A stretch of DNA of 64,000 nucleotides from Scenedesmus sp. PABB004. Its lineage: Eukaryota. A program made the position numbers and the translations under genes. Below, piece by piece: positions 1 through 12,497 of the stretch (the stretch's first letter is position 1; every line of letters starts with the position of its first letter). The notes under the pieces are model-generated. The model saw nothing but the letters and a program-made list of their open reading frames with translations, was not told the DNA's origin and ran no database searches. The stretch lies in the NCBI GenBank assembly GCA_014905635.1, contig JABVCE010000035.1:248001-312000 (forward strand). The letters are read 5' to 3'.

Positions 1-1304
1 TTGTTGAAGAAGCAAAACCCCATCGCGGTGTTGCTCTCGGCGTGGTGCCCCGGCGGGCGGATGATCGCGGCGCCGCTCGCCGCCTCGCCGCGCGCGACGC
101 GCACGGCCGCCTCGGCGGCGCTGCCCGCCGCGAGCGCGGCGCAGTGCAGCGTGTGCTGGTTGACGTAGGTGTCGCTCGGGATGCTCAGCGCGGGCGCCTC
201 GCCCGAGCTGAAGAGCGCGAGGCGCTCGAGGTGGTCCGGCGTGTGCACGCGCAGCAGCTCCGCGCGCGTCGCGGGCCGCGCGCCCACGCGCGTGCACGCG
301 CCCGCGAGGCCGCCGCCCTCGAGGCGCGCCATGATCGCGCGCAGCCGGTCGGGGCGCTCCGGGTGCGGCACCGCCTTGCCCTCCTCGTGCAGCAGCATCT
401 CGTCGTCCCAGATCAGCAGCGGCGGCGCGCCCGGCGCGCCCGGCGCCGCCGCGCCGCCGCCGCCGTCCTGCTGCGCCGCGTCGCCGGGCGCGAGCGCCGC
501 CGCGCCCGCGGCGGGCGCGGGGTCGAACAGCGCGGCGTCGCAGTCCGCGCTGTGCCCGCAGTCGCCGCACTCCGCCGCGGCGTACAGGCGCGCGGTGCAG
601 TTGGTGCAGTAGCGCGGCGGCGGGCCGGCCGGGTCCCACGCCTCGCCGTCGCCGTCGTCGTCGTCCCAGCCGCCCCACGCGTCGGCGGCGTCGCCGGCGT
701 CGTCGTCAGCGTCGACGGCGTCGCCCGAGGCGGCGCCCGCGCCCGCGCCCGCCGCGCCGCCGCCGCCGCCGAGCGCGGCGCCGCCCGCCGCGTCCGCCTC
801 GGGCTCGCCGCTGCTCGCCGGCTGCCCCGGCGTCCACGAGTCGTCCTCCGAGTTGGTCTGCTGCTGCTTCTCCTGCTCCTGCTGCTCCTGCTGCTCCTGC
901 TGCTCGTCCGCCGCCGGCGCGCCCCCGCGCTGCGCCTGCAGCGCAGGGGCCGGCGCGCCGGCGGGGCCGGCGGGCTGCGCCGCTGCGCCTGCAGCGGCGC
1001 CGCCCCCGCCGGCCAGCGCGCCGGCCAGCGGCTGCGGCGGCTTGGCGCGCGGCGCCGGGGGCGGCTGCTGCCCGCCCGCCGGCGCGCCGCCGGAGCCCTG
1101 CGCGTCGCCGTCGCCGCCCAGCACGTGCGCCGCCGCGCGCTGCTGGGTGAGGTCCGAGGGCGCCATGCCGCCGGGCGCGGGCGGCGTGCTGCGCGGCGTG
1201 CTGTCGCCGCTGCTGGCCTGCTGGGCGGGCGCGCGGCACGCCGCCTCCGCCTCCTCCTGCTCCTGCTGCTGCTGCAGCTGCTCAGGGGCGCACGGGGCAA
1301 TCAT
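1..1304 (-). CDS. Class II histone deacetylase (HDA15-like), 5' part; runs off the left edge
   Basis: Open frame from ATG at 1304 to the window edge: LLIWDDEMLLHEEG..PHPERPDRLRAIMARL..ELLRVHT..DTYVNQHT..AAIIRPPGHHAESNTAMGFCFFN, the RPD3/HDA1 catalytic motifs. An upstream CxxC-x9-CxxC (YCTNC..ECGDC) resembles the zinc finger of plant HDA15. Confidence 0.93.
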   Translation of the reverse strand, partial: MIAPCAPEQLQQQQEQEEAEAACRAPAQQASSGDSTPRSTPPAPGGMAPSDLTQQRAAAHVLGGDGDAQGSGGAPAGGQQPPPAPRAKPPQPLAGALAGGGGAAAGAAAQPAGPAGAPAPALQAQRGGAPAADEQQEQQEQQEQEKQQQTNSEDDSWTPGQPASSGEPEADAAGGAALGGGGGAAGAGAGAASGDAVDADDDAGDAADAWGGWDDDDGDGEAWDPAGPPPRYCTNCTARLYAAAECGDCGHSADCDAALFDPAPAAGAAALAPGDAAQQDGGGGAAAPGAPGAPPLLIWDDEMLLHEEGKAVPHPERPDRLRAIMARLEGGGLAGACTRVGARPATRAELLRVHTPDHLERLALFSSGEAPALSIPSDTYVNQHTLHCAALAAGSAAEAAVRVARGEAASGAAIIRPPGHHAESNTAMGFCFFN

Positions 1305-2226
1305 GCGCCGCTGCGGGTGCGCGCCGCCGGCGTCGGCGCGCCTGCGGTGCGGCGTGGGCGGCGGGTGTGTGGGGCGGTCGTGAAAAGGCGGGGGCGGGAG
1401 GGCCGGCCGCATGCATGCACAGCGGGAGGGGCCCGAGAAGCATCTAGTCGCGAGGACAGCGAGGCGCTGCTGTGATGATGACGCCCGGTTTTCCCGCGCG
1501 GCGCGCGCCGAGCCCGCGGCGCCGCAGGGGCCCGGTTTTTCCGCGCGCGAGGCCCGAAGGACGACGCGAGGCGGGCCGCAGGGCCCTGGCGAGGGCGCCT
1601 TGTGGAGGCGCGTGCGCGGGCCCTCCGACCCGCGCTGGCGCCTCGCGGGCGCCGCGCGGCCTGCCGAGAACGCTTGTTTCGATCCCCCGCGACGCCTGGC
1701 GCGGCCCGGTGCGCGCCGGCGCTGCAGGCCACAAGTCGGCCCGCGAGGCGCGCGCGCGGGCCCGGCTCACCTCGCATGCCCAGGCGGTCGCCTTGCCTGG
1801 GTGCCGTGCGTCCGTGCGTGCGGCGCGGGGCCCGCGGGAGCCTCAGCGGCGGCGAAAATCTCTGGCGCTACGATGGCGAGGCGTCGGGCCGGGCCGCCGC
1901 GGCGCAGCGAGGCCGCGCGCCGCCGCCGCTGGGAGGCGCCTGGGTGGCTCCGGATCGTTGGGCGCGGTCGGGCCTGCAAGCGGGGGGCCCCCGCGCGCCG
2001 CCGGGCCTTGGGCGGGGCTGCGCGGGCTGCCCGGGGCTCAGGTCACAGCCCGAATTTTCGCGCAGCGCCTCCCGGGTGCGCGCAGGCCGCTCACAGCCGC
2101 GGCTGTGCGCCCCAAGGCCGTCCCTGCTGCCGCGCAGCGCTGCGTGCGTCCGCGGCGGATGCGCGCGCGTCCAGTGTTGCGCCTGGGCCCACGCGCCCGT
2201 CTTGGGCCTTCGTCCCCCCGCCGCCC

Positions 2227-5200
2227 TCACTCCCAGGACGGCAGCAGCTGCAGCCGGCACAGCACCGCGTCCGCGAGCGCGTCGTCGTCGCCGCCGGCCG
2301 GGCCCGCACTGAGCGCGCGTGCGAGGCCCGCGTCGCGCAGCACGAGCAGCTGCAGCTCGCGCGGCAGCGCCAGCAGCAGGCGCAGCACGGCGCCGTCCAC
2401 CGCGCCGACGCGCGCCGCTGCGGCGCGGGCCGTGGGCGCCCCGGGCGCCTCGCCGCCGCCGGCGCCGCCGACGCACAGCCCGCGCGTGAGCGGGTGCGCG
2501 AGCACCGCGCGCTGCAGCGCCGCCAGCAGCGCGCCCTCGCGCGGCGGCAGGCGCTGCAGGTGCGCGACCGCGCCGCCGACGGTCGCGGCGACGCACGACG
2601 GCAGGCGCGCCGCGCCCGCGGGCGCGAGCGCGCCGAGCGGGCTCTGCCAGTGGTGCGGGAGGTCGTCGCCGTCGTGCAGCGCGTACAGGCAGCTGCCGGG
2701 GCCGCCCGGCGGCGCCGGTGGCGGCGGCGCCGCCGACACCGCCGCGGCCTGCAGCGCCGCGGCGCGGCCGCCGAGCGGCACGCACGCGCTCGTCGCGAGG
2801 CACCGCCCCGGCACCGCGCGCCGCAGCGCCCAGCCGACCTCGAGCACGGCGCCGTCGGCGTCGAGCGCGAGGGCGCGCGTGCGCAGCAGCGCGTCGCGCC
2901 GCGCCGCCTCGCCCTCGTCCTCGTCCTCACCGCCGCCGCAGGCGCCGCGGCGGGGGCGCGCCGGCGGCAGCGCCGCGACCGCGGCGAGGCTGCGCACCTC
3001 GACGTGCGCGCCGACGGGCTGGATGCTCGCCGCGCCGCCCGCGCCCGCCTCGACGGCGTACGCGACCAACCCGGCCGCGGCGTCCGCCGCGGCGACGAGC
3101 CCCGCGGCCGCGTCGAGCACGGCGAGCGAGACGACCGGGGCGCGCACGAAGCAGCGCGCCGCCTGCGCGAGCCGGTCGCCGCGCAGGACGTACACGGCCA
3201 GCACGTGGCCCACGCCGACGAGCAGCAGCACGGCGCCGAGCGCGCACACCGCGGTCACGCGCTCCGGCATGCGCAGCCGCGCGACGCGCTGCAGCACGAG
3301 CGCGCGGTGCGGCGGCTCGCCGCCGCCCAGTGCGGCGGCGCTGGCGGCGGCGCCGTCCAGGGGCGAGCCGGCGCCCGGCCACGACCGCGCCGCCGCGCCA
3401 GCAGCGGCGGCCGCCGCCTGCCCGGGGGGCGCGAGCGGGCGGCCGCGCTGCTGCGCCGGCGGCGCGGCGGCCGCCGCCAGGCGCAGCACGATGACCTGCC
3501 CCCGGCAGCCGGCCTCGTCCGCGGCGGCGGCGGCCGTGCCGAGCACGACGAGGGGCCCGACGCGGCGCCAGGGCCCGCCCGCGCGCGGCGCGCCGCCGGG
3601 GCGGCCCGCGCCGCCGCCGCCCGGCGAGTCCAGGCCGCGCAGGAGCTCGGCAAAGCGAAACGAAAACATCTGCTCCGGGCCGTGCCCGGCGGCCGGGTCG
3701 CCGCCGCCGCCGCCGCCGGGGTCGAGCTCGGCCGCCTGGGGCGGCGCGTCGCGGCGGCCGGCGCCGAAAAACGCGTGCCACGGCCGCCGGCGCGGCGCGG
3801 CGGGCCGCGCCCCGCCGCCCGCCGCGGTCGGCGGCGACTGCTGCTGCTGCTGCTGCTCGGGGCTGCTGCTGGCGTCGCTGCTGCGCAGCCAGCCGGGCGA
3901 GCTGAACGCGTCGGGCGGCGCGGCCCAGAGCGCGGCCTGCTGGATGGCCTGGCCACCACTGGGCTGGTACGCAGCGAGGCGCGCGCCGGAGCTCGGGTCC
4001 AGCGCCTGCAGCCACGAGGCGCCGCCGGGCGAGTCGGACGCGCCGCCGCCGCCACCGCCACCCTCGCAGCACACCGCGAGCAGCGCCGCCGAGGCGGGGT
4101 GGGGGAGCAGCTGCGTGACGCGCACGCCCGGCAGCCACGCCTGCGTGCGCGGCCGGGCGCCCTGCAGCGGCGGCAGACCCAGCACCTGCAGCTGCCCGCC
4201 GGGCAGCACACAGGCGATGTGCTGCTGCTGGTGCAGCGCGCCCGGCGCCAGCGCGCCCGGCAGCCGCAGCCCCGCCGCCAGCACCGCGGGCGGCGCCGCG
4301 ACGTGCCGCAGGCGCAGCTGCTGCGACTGGCGGCCGACCTGCAGCAGCCAGAGGCCCTCGCCCGCCGTCAGCGCGACCTGCTGCTCGCCGCCGCTGGCGC
4401 CGGCGGGCGCCGCGCCGAGCAGCTGCAGCTTGGCCGGGGCGCCGGGGAGCCGCAGCTCCGACAGCACGCGCAGCGCGGCCGCCGGCGCCAGCTGCTGCTG
4501 CAGCAGCGCCGAGGCGTCCAGGCCGTACAGTGCCACGTCGCCGTTGCGGAAGCTCACCAGCAGCAGCAGCGGCGGCGGGAGGTCGCCGCCGCCGGCGTGG
4601 TGCTGCCGCGGCCGCCGGGCGGCGCCGGCGGCGGCCGGGTGGCCCGGCCCCGCCGGCAGCACCAGGCAGCTGTCCGGCACCGCCGGCGACGCCACGTCCG
4701 CCAGCGCAAGCGCGGCGGGCGCGGCGCCGCCGCCGGCGAGGGCCGACAGCAGGCGCAGCGGGTGCAGGCGCTCGCTGCCAAACGCCGCGAGCGGCCGCAC
4801 GACGCCGTCGCTCAGGCGCGCGCCGAGGACCTGCAGGCTGCCGTCGAACGCGCCCGCCACGACCAAGTGGCTCCAGCCGCCACTTGGCGCGCCGCCGCCG
4901 GCGCCGCCGTGCTCGTGCGGGCCGGCGGGCGCGGCGGCCAGCTGCAGGCACGACACCTGCGCGTCGAGACCGGCGCGGCAGGCGACCTCGAGGCGCCAGC
5001 AGCTGCGGCCGCGCTTCTTGCTGGCACCGCACGCGTGCGACGCGCCGCCGCCCCCCGCCTGCTGCGGGGCGCAGCTGAGCAGGCGCAGCAGCACGAGCTC
5101 GCCGGAGCTCAGGTGCACCGCGACGACGCCCGGCGCCGCTGCGCCGAGCACCACTGACGCAGGCGGCGCGGCGTGCGCTGCGACCGCCCAGTGCGTGGCG

Positions 5201-8200
5201 TCGGGCGCCACGTCGCGCTCGGCGTCCATCTGCGCCTGCGCCTGCTGCGCCTGCGGCACCTCGTGCTGCGCCTGCCGCTGCTGCTCCTGCTTAGACGCGC
5301 CGCTCCTCGGCAGCGGCCCGCTGCTCACTGCCAGCCGGCACGCGCCCGCGCCGCCGCCGCCCGGGCCGAATGGCCCCGCGTCCGGCCCCGCGAGCGAGAA
5401 GGGCGTGGCGCCGGGGCCCTGCTCCTCCAGCAGCTGCGGCTGCTGCTCCCAGCCGCACCGGCTGGTCTTGGGGCTGCTGCGCCAGGGCCGGCCGCTGCCG
5501 CCGCCCGCGTCGCCGCCGCCCGCGTCGCCGCAGGGCAGGCGCTCGAGCGGGCACAGCCGCACGCCGCTGGGCGTGACCTGCGCGACCAGGCCGTCGGCCA
5601 CGCACGCCGCCAGCAGCGTGGGCTCGCCCTGGGCCAGGCCGACCAGGTCAGAGGCGTCCCAGAACGCGCCGGGCCCCAGGGCCAGCGCGCGCGAGGCGGC
5701 GACAAAGCCAATGACCAGCAGGCGGTGGGCGTCGTCGGTGGGCGACGCCGGCAGCGGCCACAGCCCTGTCGCGCCGAGCAACTGGCCCTCCGGGCCGGCC
5801 AGCAGCGGCTCCGCGGGCGCGCCCGGCGCGAGCACCGTCAGGCCGCGCCGCCTGCGCAGGCTGGCAGCGACCAGCAGCGGCCGCGGAGCGGCGCCGTCGC
5901 CGCCGGTGCCCGCGCCGGCGCCGCCCGCGGGCAGCTCCAGCACCGCGCAGGTCGCCAGCGGGCCGAGCAGCTGCAGCTCGTCCCGCACGGTGAACAGCGG
6001 CGGGCTGCGGCCGCGCCTGGTCACGCCGGCCGCCGCAGCGCGCCGCAGCGTGTGCGAGCGCGGGCCAGGCGCTGCGTCGAGCCCGCCGCCGGCCGCCGCG
6101 CCCCGGGCGCGTCCGCCCGCGCGCACGGCACCTCGGCGGCGTCCGCTGAGCCTGTGGCCGTGGCTGACGACTCGAGGCGCAGCTGGTCCAGCTGCACGGC
6201 CGGCGAGGCCGGCCCGCCGCTGCACGCCGGCGCCGCCGCCGGCGCGGGCGAGCCGCGGGCGCGCGCGTCGTCACCGGCAGCCGCCGGCGCCGGCTGCGCC
6301 GCCGCCGTGCCGCGCCGCGCCAGCAGCAGCGCGCGCGAGCGGCTGTCTGTCACGACCAGCAGCTGCTGGCCGGGCAGGCCCAGCAGCAGGTCTGCGGGCC
6401 CGTCGTCGCCCAGGTGCGCCAGCTGCTGCAGGGCCCCCACCTGCAGGCCGCAGCTGCCCCCGCCGGCGCTCTGCTGCGACCGAATCTCCAGCCCCCACAG
6501 CTCGCCCCCGGCCGAGGCGAGCAGCAGGACGTCCCGCTGGGCTGCGCCGCCTGGCGCCTGCGTCCCCGCGCCCGGGCCCGGCCCCTCGGGCGGCCCGCCG
6601 TCCTCGGGGGGCGGGAGCGCCGCCCGCGGCAGCGCCTGCTGCCGAGGCGGCGCCCGGGCGCTCCCAGGCCCACGCCGTGACCGCCCGCTCGCAAGGCTGC
6701 GCGCAGGCAGACGGCGGCCGCGCGGCGGCAGCAGGGTGAGTCGGGGCCGCGGGCCGCCGGGGAGCGCCGTGCCCCCCCCCCCCGTCCCACGCCGCGCGCC
6801 ACGCGCCTGGCTGCACGACACCGGCGTGGGCGGCTCCTCCGAGCCGCTGCGCCCCGCCCCGGCGCCCGCCGCGCCGCCGCCGCCGCCGCCGCCGCCCTCG
6901 CCGTCGTCGCTGCTGCTGCTGCCCGGCGCGCGCAGGCGGCCGGCGAGGCGCGCGCGCGCGCGCGCGGCGGCGCGCACGGCCACCGCGCCGTCAAATGCGT
7001 CGTCCTCGGCGTCTGCGTCGGTGTCAACGTCGGTGTCCAGGTACGGCTCGTCGTCGGTGCTGCCGCCGAGCACGCCGCCCCAGCCCTCCTCCTCCGACGC
7101 AGGCGGCATCGCCTCGTCGCCGTCGCCGTCCGGCGCGGCGGCCGCCGGCCCGCGCCGCCGGCAGGGCGCCGCCGCCGCCGCCGCCGCGCGAGCCGCGAGC
7201 TGCGCCGCGGCGGCCTGCGGGCCGCGCGGCGCGGCGGGCGCGCAGCGCCCGAGCAGGCAGGGCAGCGGCGGCAGCGCGCCGCCGCCCGGCGCTGCGGCCT
7301 GGCCGAGCAGCTCGACAGTGGCGGCCACGTCCGGCGCGCCGGCCCGCTGTTGCAGCAGCTCAGCGCAGTCCAGCACCAGCAGCGCGCGCGAGCCGAGCAC
7401 CGCCAGCCCAGTCGGGCAGCTGGGCAGCGTCGCGAGCGCGAGCGGCGTGCCCGCGGGGCCGTCACACCCGCTGTGGGGCAGCGCGACGGTGCCGAGCTTG
7501 GAGAGGTGCTGCTCGCGCCCGCCGTCGGCGGGCGCCCAGGCAAACAGCACCAGCTCGCTGCCGTTCTCGCCGGGCCTGCGCGCGCGGCGGCGGCGGCGCG
7601 GTGAGGCGGCAGGCGCCGCGGGCGCGGGGCACCTCTCCCCAGCCCCCGCGAGCGCGCGCGCCTGTGCGACAGGGCCGCCAGGTGCAGCGCGCGCCGCGCC
7701 GCGTCGCCGCGCGTCGCCGGGCCGCCGCGCCCGGTGCAGAGAAAGGCCATGTCGACGATGCGCCCCAGCTCCATGCGCTGCGCCTGCTGCTGCGGCTCGC
7801 CGGGCGGCCCCGCGGCGGCGTCCACCGCGCCCGCCACGCCCGGCGCGGGCGCCGCGTACGCGGCCGGCTCCGCGAGCGCCACGCCGTCGCCGCTCGCCGC
7901 GACGGCGCACACGGCGAGCCGGCCGCGCGCGGCGGCGAGCGCGAGCGCCGCGCCGTCGTCCGACGCGGCGAGCCGGGCGCCCAGGCGGTCGTCGTCGAGG
8001 GCGGCGCCTGCGGGCGCGGCGCCGCAGCGTCGGCGCCCCGCCGGCCGCCGCCCTCGCGGCGCCCGCCTTCGCGCGCGAGGCGCGCGGATGCACCCCCACG
8101 CGCGCTCACCGGCGGCGGCCAGCGGGAGCTCAGTGATGACCATGAGCCTGTCCAGCAGCGCCTGGTGGCGCAGCACGACGAGCGTGCCGCTCTCCAGCAG

Positions 8201-8571
8201 GCACGCGAGGTGGTCGACCTGCGCGCCGCGGCGCCGGGGGGCGGCGGAGGCGTGGGCCGTGCGTGTGCACGCGCCCCGGCGCACTGCGCCGGCCGCGGCG
8301 CGGCGCGCGCCTCGCAGTCGTCCACGCCCGCGGTCGGCAGCACCGCCAGCGCGCGCACGCCCGCCAGCAGGGGCTGACAGAAGCGCGGCGCCAGGGCGGC
8401 GCCGCCTGCCGTGGAGACCACGCGCAGCTCGGCGCCCGTCTGCAGCACCACCTCGGCGCTCCGCCGCGCCGTGAGCCGCCCCGCCGCCACGCCCGCCACC
8501 GCGCCGCCGCCCAGCAGCGGCGTGGCCAGCCAGTGCGCGGACGGCGGGGCGGCGACGGCGGAGCCCGCCAT
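2227..8571 (-). CDS. DDB1/RSE1(SF3B3)/CPSF160-family beta-propeller protein (MMS1-N plus CPSF-A-like C terminus), multi-exon
   Basis: N terminus MAGSAVAAPPSAHWLATPLL..EVVL..ELRVV..FCQPLLAGVRALAVL and VDHLACLLESGTLVVL. C terminus LQRVARLRMPERVTAVCALG..LLVGVGHVLAVY..VAAADAAAGLVAY..LLAALQRAVLAHP..AVDGAVLRLLLALPRELQ, typical of the CPSF_A region. Internal exon structure only partly resolved. Confidence 0.7.
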
Positions 8572-8979
8572 CGGGCTGCGGCCAGAGGGCGCCGTGCGCG
8601 CGCGCGGCAGCGGCGGCGCGCGCCGGCCTGCGCGGCGCCCCCGCGCGGGCGCTGCGGACGCGGGGCGGTGAGCGGTGCCTGCTCTTGACCGAGACCAGCG
8701 GCGGGCGGGCCCGGCGCGCGGCCGGCCCACTCGCTGGGAGAGCAGCAGCCGGGGCACATGGCGGAGCAGGCCACCGGAGTTGCCGGCTCCGATCGCCCCC
8801 GCGCTCCGCCGGCGACGAGGCCTCTCCCCGGCACCTCCCACCCGCCCGCCAGCGCAGCGCTCACCGCCTCTCGCGTTCGGTTGGCCATCAACTTCGCTGC
8901 CTGCTGCGCCCTGCCCGCGCAGCCCCGCGGCTCTCGCAGCATCGGGGAGCGCCTCCCAGCGTCGCAGCGCCCGGACAGC

Positions 8980-11828
8980 ATGGCGGAGGTGGCGGAGAGC
9001 AACGGCACGCTGCCCCTGGCCGGCGATGGCCCCGCCGCGGGCGAGCTGGAGGCCGGCGCGCCCGAGGGCGCGCCCGAGGCGGTGCAGCAGCAGCAGCCGG
9101 AGCCGCCGCGGGGCCTGTACATCCTGCGCATCCCGCGCCCCACCTTCGACGACAGCGCCATCAAGAAGCTCGAGACGGACCTCTCCGCCTGCTTCACCAA
9201 GCTCAAGGCCATCAACGGCAAGGCCCAGATCAAGCGGGTGAGCCGGGGCGGCCCCCGATAACCGCTGCGGGGGTTGGGCCGCCCCCCGCCATCGCCCCGT
9301 CGCCGCGCCGCCCTGCGCGCCGGTGGGGGCCGCCCGCCGCGGCCCTCCAGCGCGGGGCGCGCCCGCGCCGCGCCCAGGCGCGCCGCCGCCGCCGGGCGGC
9401 GGCCGCGCCGCGCGCGGGCGGGCGCGCGCCGGGCGCCGCTGCTCGCGCGCACCGCCGGGCGGGGGCCCCACGCGCGCCGGCGCCGCCGCCGCGCCGCAGG
9501 GCGAGGCCAACGAGCTGCGCAAGCAGCTCGGCGTCGCGCGCAGCCTGCGCAACGGGTCGAGCCCCGAGTTTGACGAGAAGATGGGCCGCCTGAAGGGCCT
9601 GCGCGAGATGCGCAAGGGCATCCTCGACCGCCTCGGCGACATGCGCGCGGGGCGGCAGGGCCTCGAGGTCCGCACCGAGGAGGAGCTCGACGAGCGCGTC
9701 GCGGAGATGGAGCACGCGATCCAGCACGACGCGCTGCCGCTCACGACGGAGAAGCAGTACGTGCGCAACATCGCAAAGCTCAAGGCCCAGCGCGAGAAGA
9801 TCCGCGAGGTGCAGGGCCAGCAGGAGAGCGTGGGCCAGCTTGAGGCGGAGGCCAAGAAGATCAAGGCGGTCATCGACGAGGTGCGGCACCGGCGCGGCAG
9901 CGGCGGCGAGCGCGCGTGCGCGAGCGCGCCCCTGCGAGGCCCGCCGCGCCGCGCCGCGCCGCGCGCGGCGGCGTCCTGCGAGCGCCGCGCGGCGGCGTCC
10001 TGCGAGCGTCTGCCGCGCCGCGCCGCGCCACGCCGCAGGTCGACAGCGAGCTCAACATCCTGCGCGGCGAGCGCGACCAGGCCAAGGACATCATCAACGA
10101 CCTGCAGGGCAAGCTGCAGGCCGTCATGGCCGTCCTCGCTGACTACGACGCGGAGCGCACGGTGCGGCGCGCGCGCGGGCGCCGCCGGGCGCGCAGGCGC
10201 CGCCGGGCGCGCAAGGGACACGCGGCCGCGGCGCGGGCGCCGCACGGCTGGGCCGCCGCGGCCCGCGGCGGTCGCGCGCCCGTGCGACGACGCCCGCGGC
10301 GCGCCGGCCGCTCGCAGGAGATCGAGGCGACCAAGCGCGAGCTGCAGGACCGCATCAAGGGCATGCGGGAGGAGATCGACGCGCACATGTTTGAGTGGCG
10401 CGCCAACCGCAAGCTCAGCCTGCAGCTGCGCGACCTCGTCGCAGAGGGCAAGACCGAGGAGGCGACCGCAATCGCGGAGCAGCAGGTGCGGCGGCGGCGG
10501 CCGCGGCGCGCGCGTGCGGGCCGGCCGCTTGCAGGGCCGCCCGCGGCGCGGCGCGGCGCAACGGCGCCGCCCGGCCGGGCGGCGCCCCCTGAGCGCCGCT
10601 GCACCGCCCCGCGTCGCCGCGCCGCCGCGCCGCGCGGCATGTGCGCTCGCGCGCAGATTGAGAGCTACCTCGCCAAGCTGAGCGAGCCTGGGTACCGCAA
10701 GGAGTACACCAAGGCCTGGGCGGAGCAGCGGCGCTACCTGGTCAGCGAGCTGCTGCCGGAGAGCGGCGCGGCGGAGCTGCGCGCCGCGGCGGGCGCCAAG
10801 CCCGGCGGCGCCAAGGGCGGGCCGGGCGGGCGGCCCGCCGCGCCGCTGGTGCCCCAGGGCGCGGCCAAGGCGCAGGCGATCATCGCAGCGGCGCTGCTGG
10901 AGGCGGACGTCGCGATCGCGGCCAAGCGCGCGGCCGAGCCGGCGGCCGCGCCCGCGCCGGAGGAGGAGAGCGAGAGCGGGGAGGCCGACGAGGCGGCGGG
11001 CGAGGACGGCGCGCCGGCCGCGCCGGCGCAGCCAGCAGGTGGGGCCCGACGCGAGGGGCGGCGCGCGCGCACGCGCGATCATGGCCTGGCCGCGGCGGGC
11101 GCGAGGCATCAGCACCGGCGCCGCCCAGCAGCCCACGCCACGCGCGCCGCCCGCCGCCGCGCCGCGCCGCAGTGCGCATCGTGCCAGGCGCGACCGACGA
11201 GCTCGCGGCGCCGCCCAAGGCGCGGTCGCACGCCAAGCCGGCGTTCCACCACGCCAAGGCCATGGCGGAGGTGCCGGAGGTGCCCGACTACGAGTACATC
11301 ATGCCCCCGCCCAAGGCCAAGGAGGGCGAGGAGCTGTCCGCGGCCGAGGTCAAGGCGCGCGTGCGCGAGGAGCAGCGCGCCAAGGCGGCGGAGGCCGAGG
11401 CACGCAAGAAGCGCCGCGCGGAGCAGCTCGCGCGCAAGGCGGCCGCCGCGGCGGCCAAGGCCCAGGCGGAGCGGCAGCAGGCGGCGGCGGCGCCCGCGCC
11501 GGCGGCCGCGAGCCGCGTCGCCGCGCTGGCCGCGGAGGACGCCGAGCTCGCCGGCGCGTCGGGCACCGACGGCGAGGCCGACGACGCGGCGGCCGCCGCC
11601 GCGCAGCAGCACGCGGCCACGAGCGCCGCGGCGCGCCCGCAGCAGCGCGGCAAGGGCAAGCAGCAGCACGGCGGCGGCGGCGGCGGCGCGGTGAAGAAGC
11701 CGCTGCTGAAGAAGCCGGCCAAGGTGGCCAAGAAGTGGCACCAGCAGTACGCGGTGGAGCTCGCGTCGGGCGGCTTTGTGCTGCTGCTGCTGCTCCTCAT
11801 CATCGTCTGGCTCACCGGCCCCAAGTGA
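8980..11828 (+). CDS. Proton pump interactor (PPI1)/BFR1-like coiled-coil tail-anchored protein, about 6 exons
   Basis: Exons YILRIPRP..; RTEEELDERVAEMEHAIQHDALPLTTEKQYVRNIAKLKAQREKI, matching the PPI core; long coiled coils; single C-terminal TM segment (GGFVLLLLLLIIVWL) before the stop at 11828. GT-AG junctions join the frames. Confidence 0.8.
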
Positions 11829-12497
11829 CGCGCCGCGGCGCTGGGCGCCGCGCCGCGCCGGTCGGGGCGGGCGGCGGCGGGGCGCGCGCAGCGGGGCGCC
11901 CTGTGGGCGGCGGGGGGCGGCAGCTGCGTGCTGGGGCTGGTGGGTCGGGCTGCCGGCGTTTTGCGCGCGCAGCCGCGCGCGCTAGCCGGGGTCGCGTGCA
12001 GGCAGGCCGTGCTGAGTAGGAGCCTGGGGGCTGCTTCCTGGCAGCGGCCGTGGTCCGCGCGCCCCAGGGGCGGCGGCGAACAGAACTGCTGTGGGCGTGA
12101 CACACGCGAGCGACGGAGGCGGTCTGGCGGCGCAGGAACCGCCGCCACGCTCGACCGCGCCGTCGCTGCCTCTCCCAATACCCGTCGCAGCACCCACACC
12201 CGTGTTGCCACACCCGCGCAGCAGGCCGCGGGTGCACCAGAGCAGCGGCGGCGGCAGCGCCGGCTGTGCGCAGCAGCAGCGGCTGTGCCGGCTGCCGCGC
12301 GATCACGGTGCTGGCAGCGCTCTCGTTCATCGAGGCGGCCTCGCCGGCGCCCTGGGCGGCCGGACGGCAGCAGCGACCCCGAGATGCCCGGGTGCGCGCT
12401 CGCGCAGGGGCCCCCTGCTGCCGCTGCAGCCCGCCCAACTCCCCAGTGCTGAAGGTCCCGTTCCCCGCCCGCGTGCGGCCCGCAGGCCTCACCCGGC

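Noticed and set aside
1411..6739. Very long plus-strand ORFs (1248 aa and 1755 aa) and similar Arg/Ala/Pro-rich ORFs throughout the track
   Set aside because: They are antisense or off-frame shadows of real genes. Stop codons are rare at this GC content and the translations contain no domain motifs.
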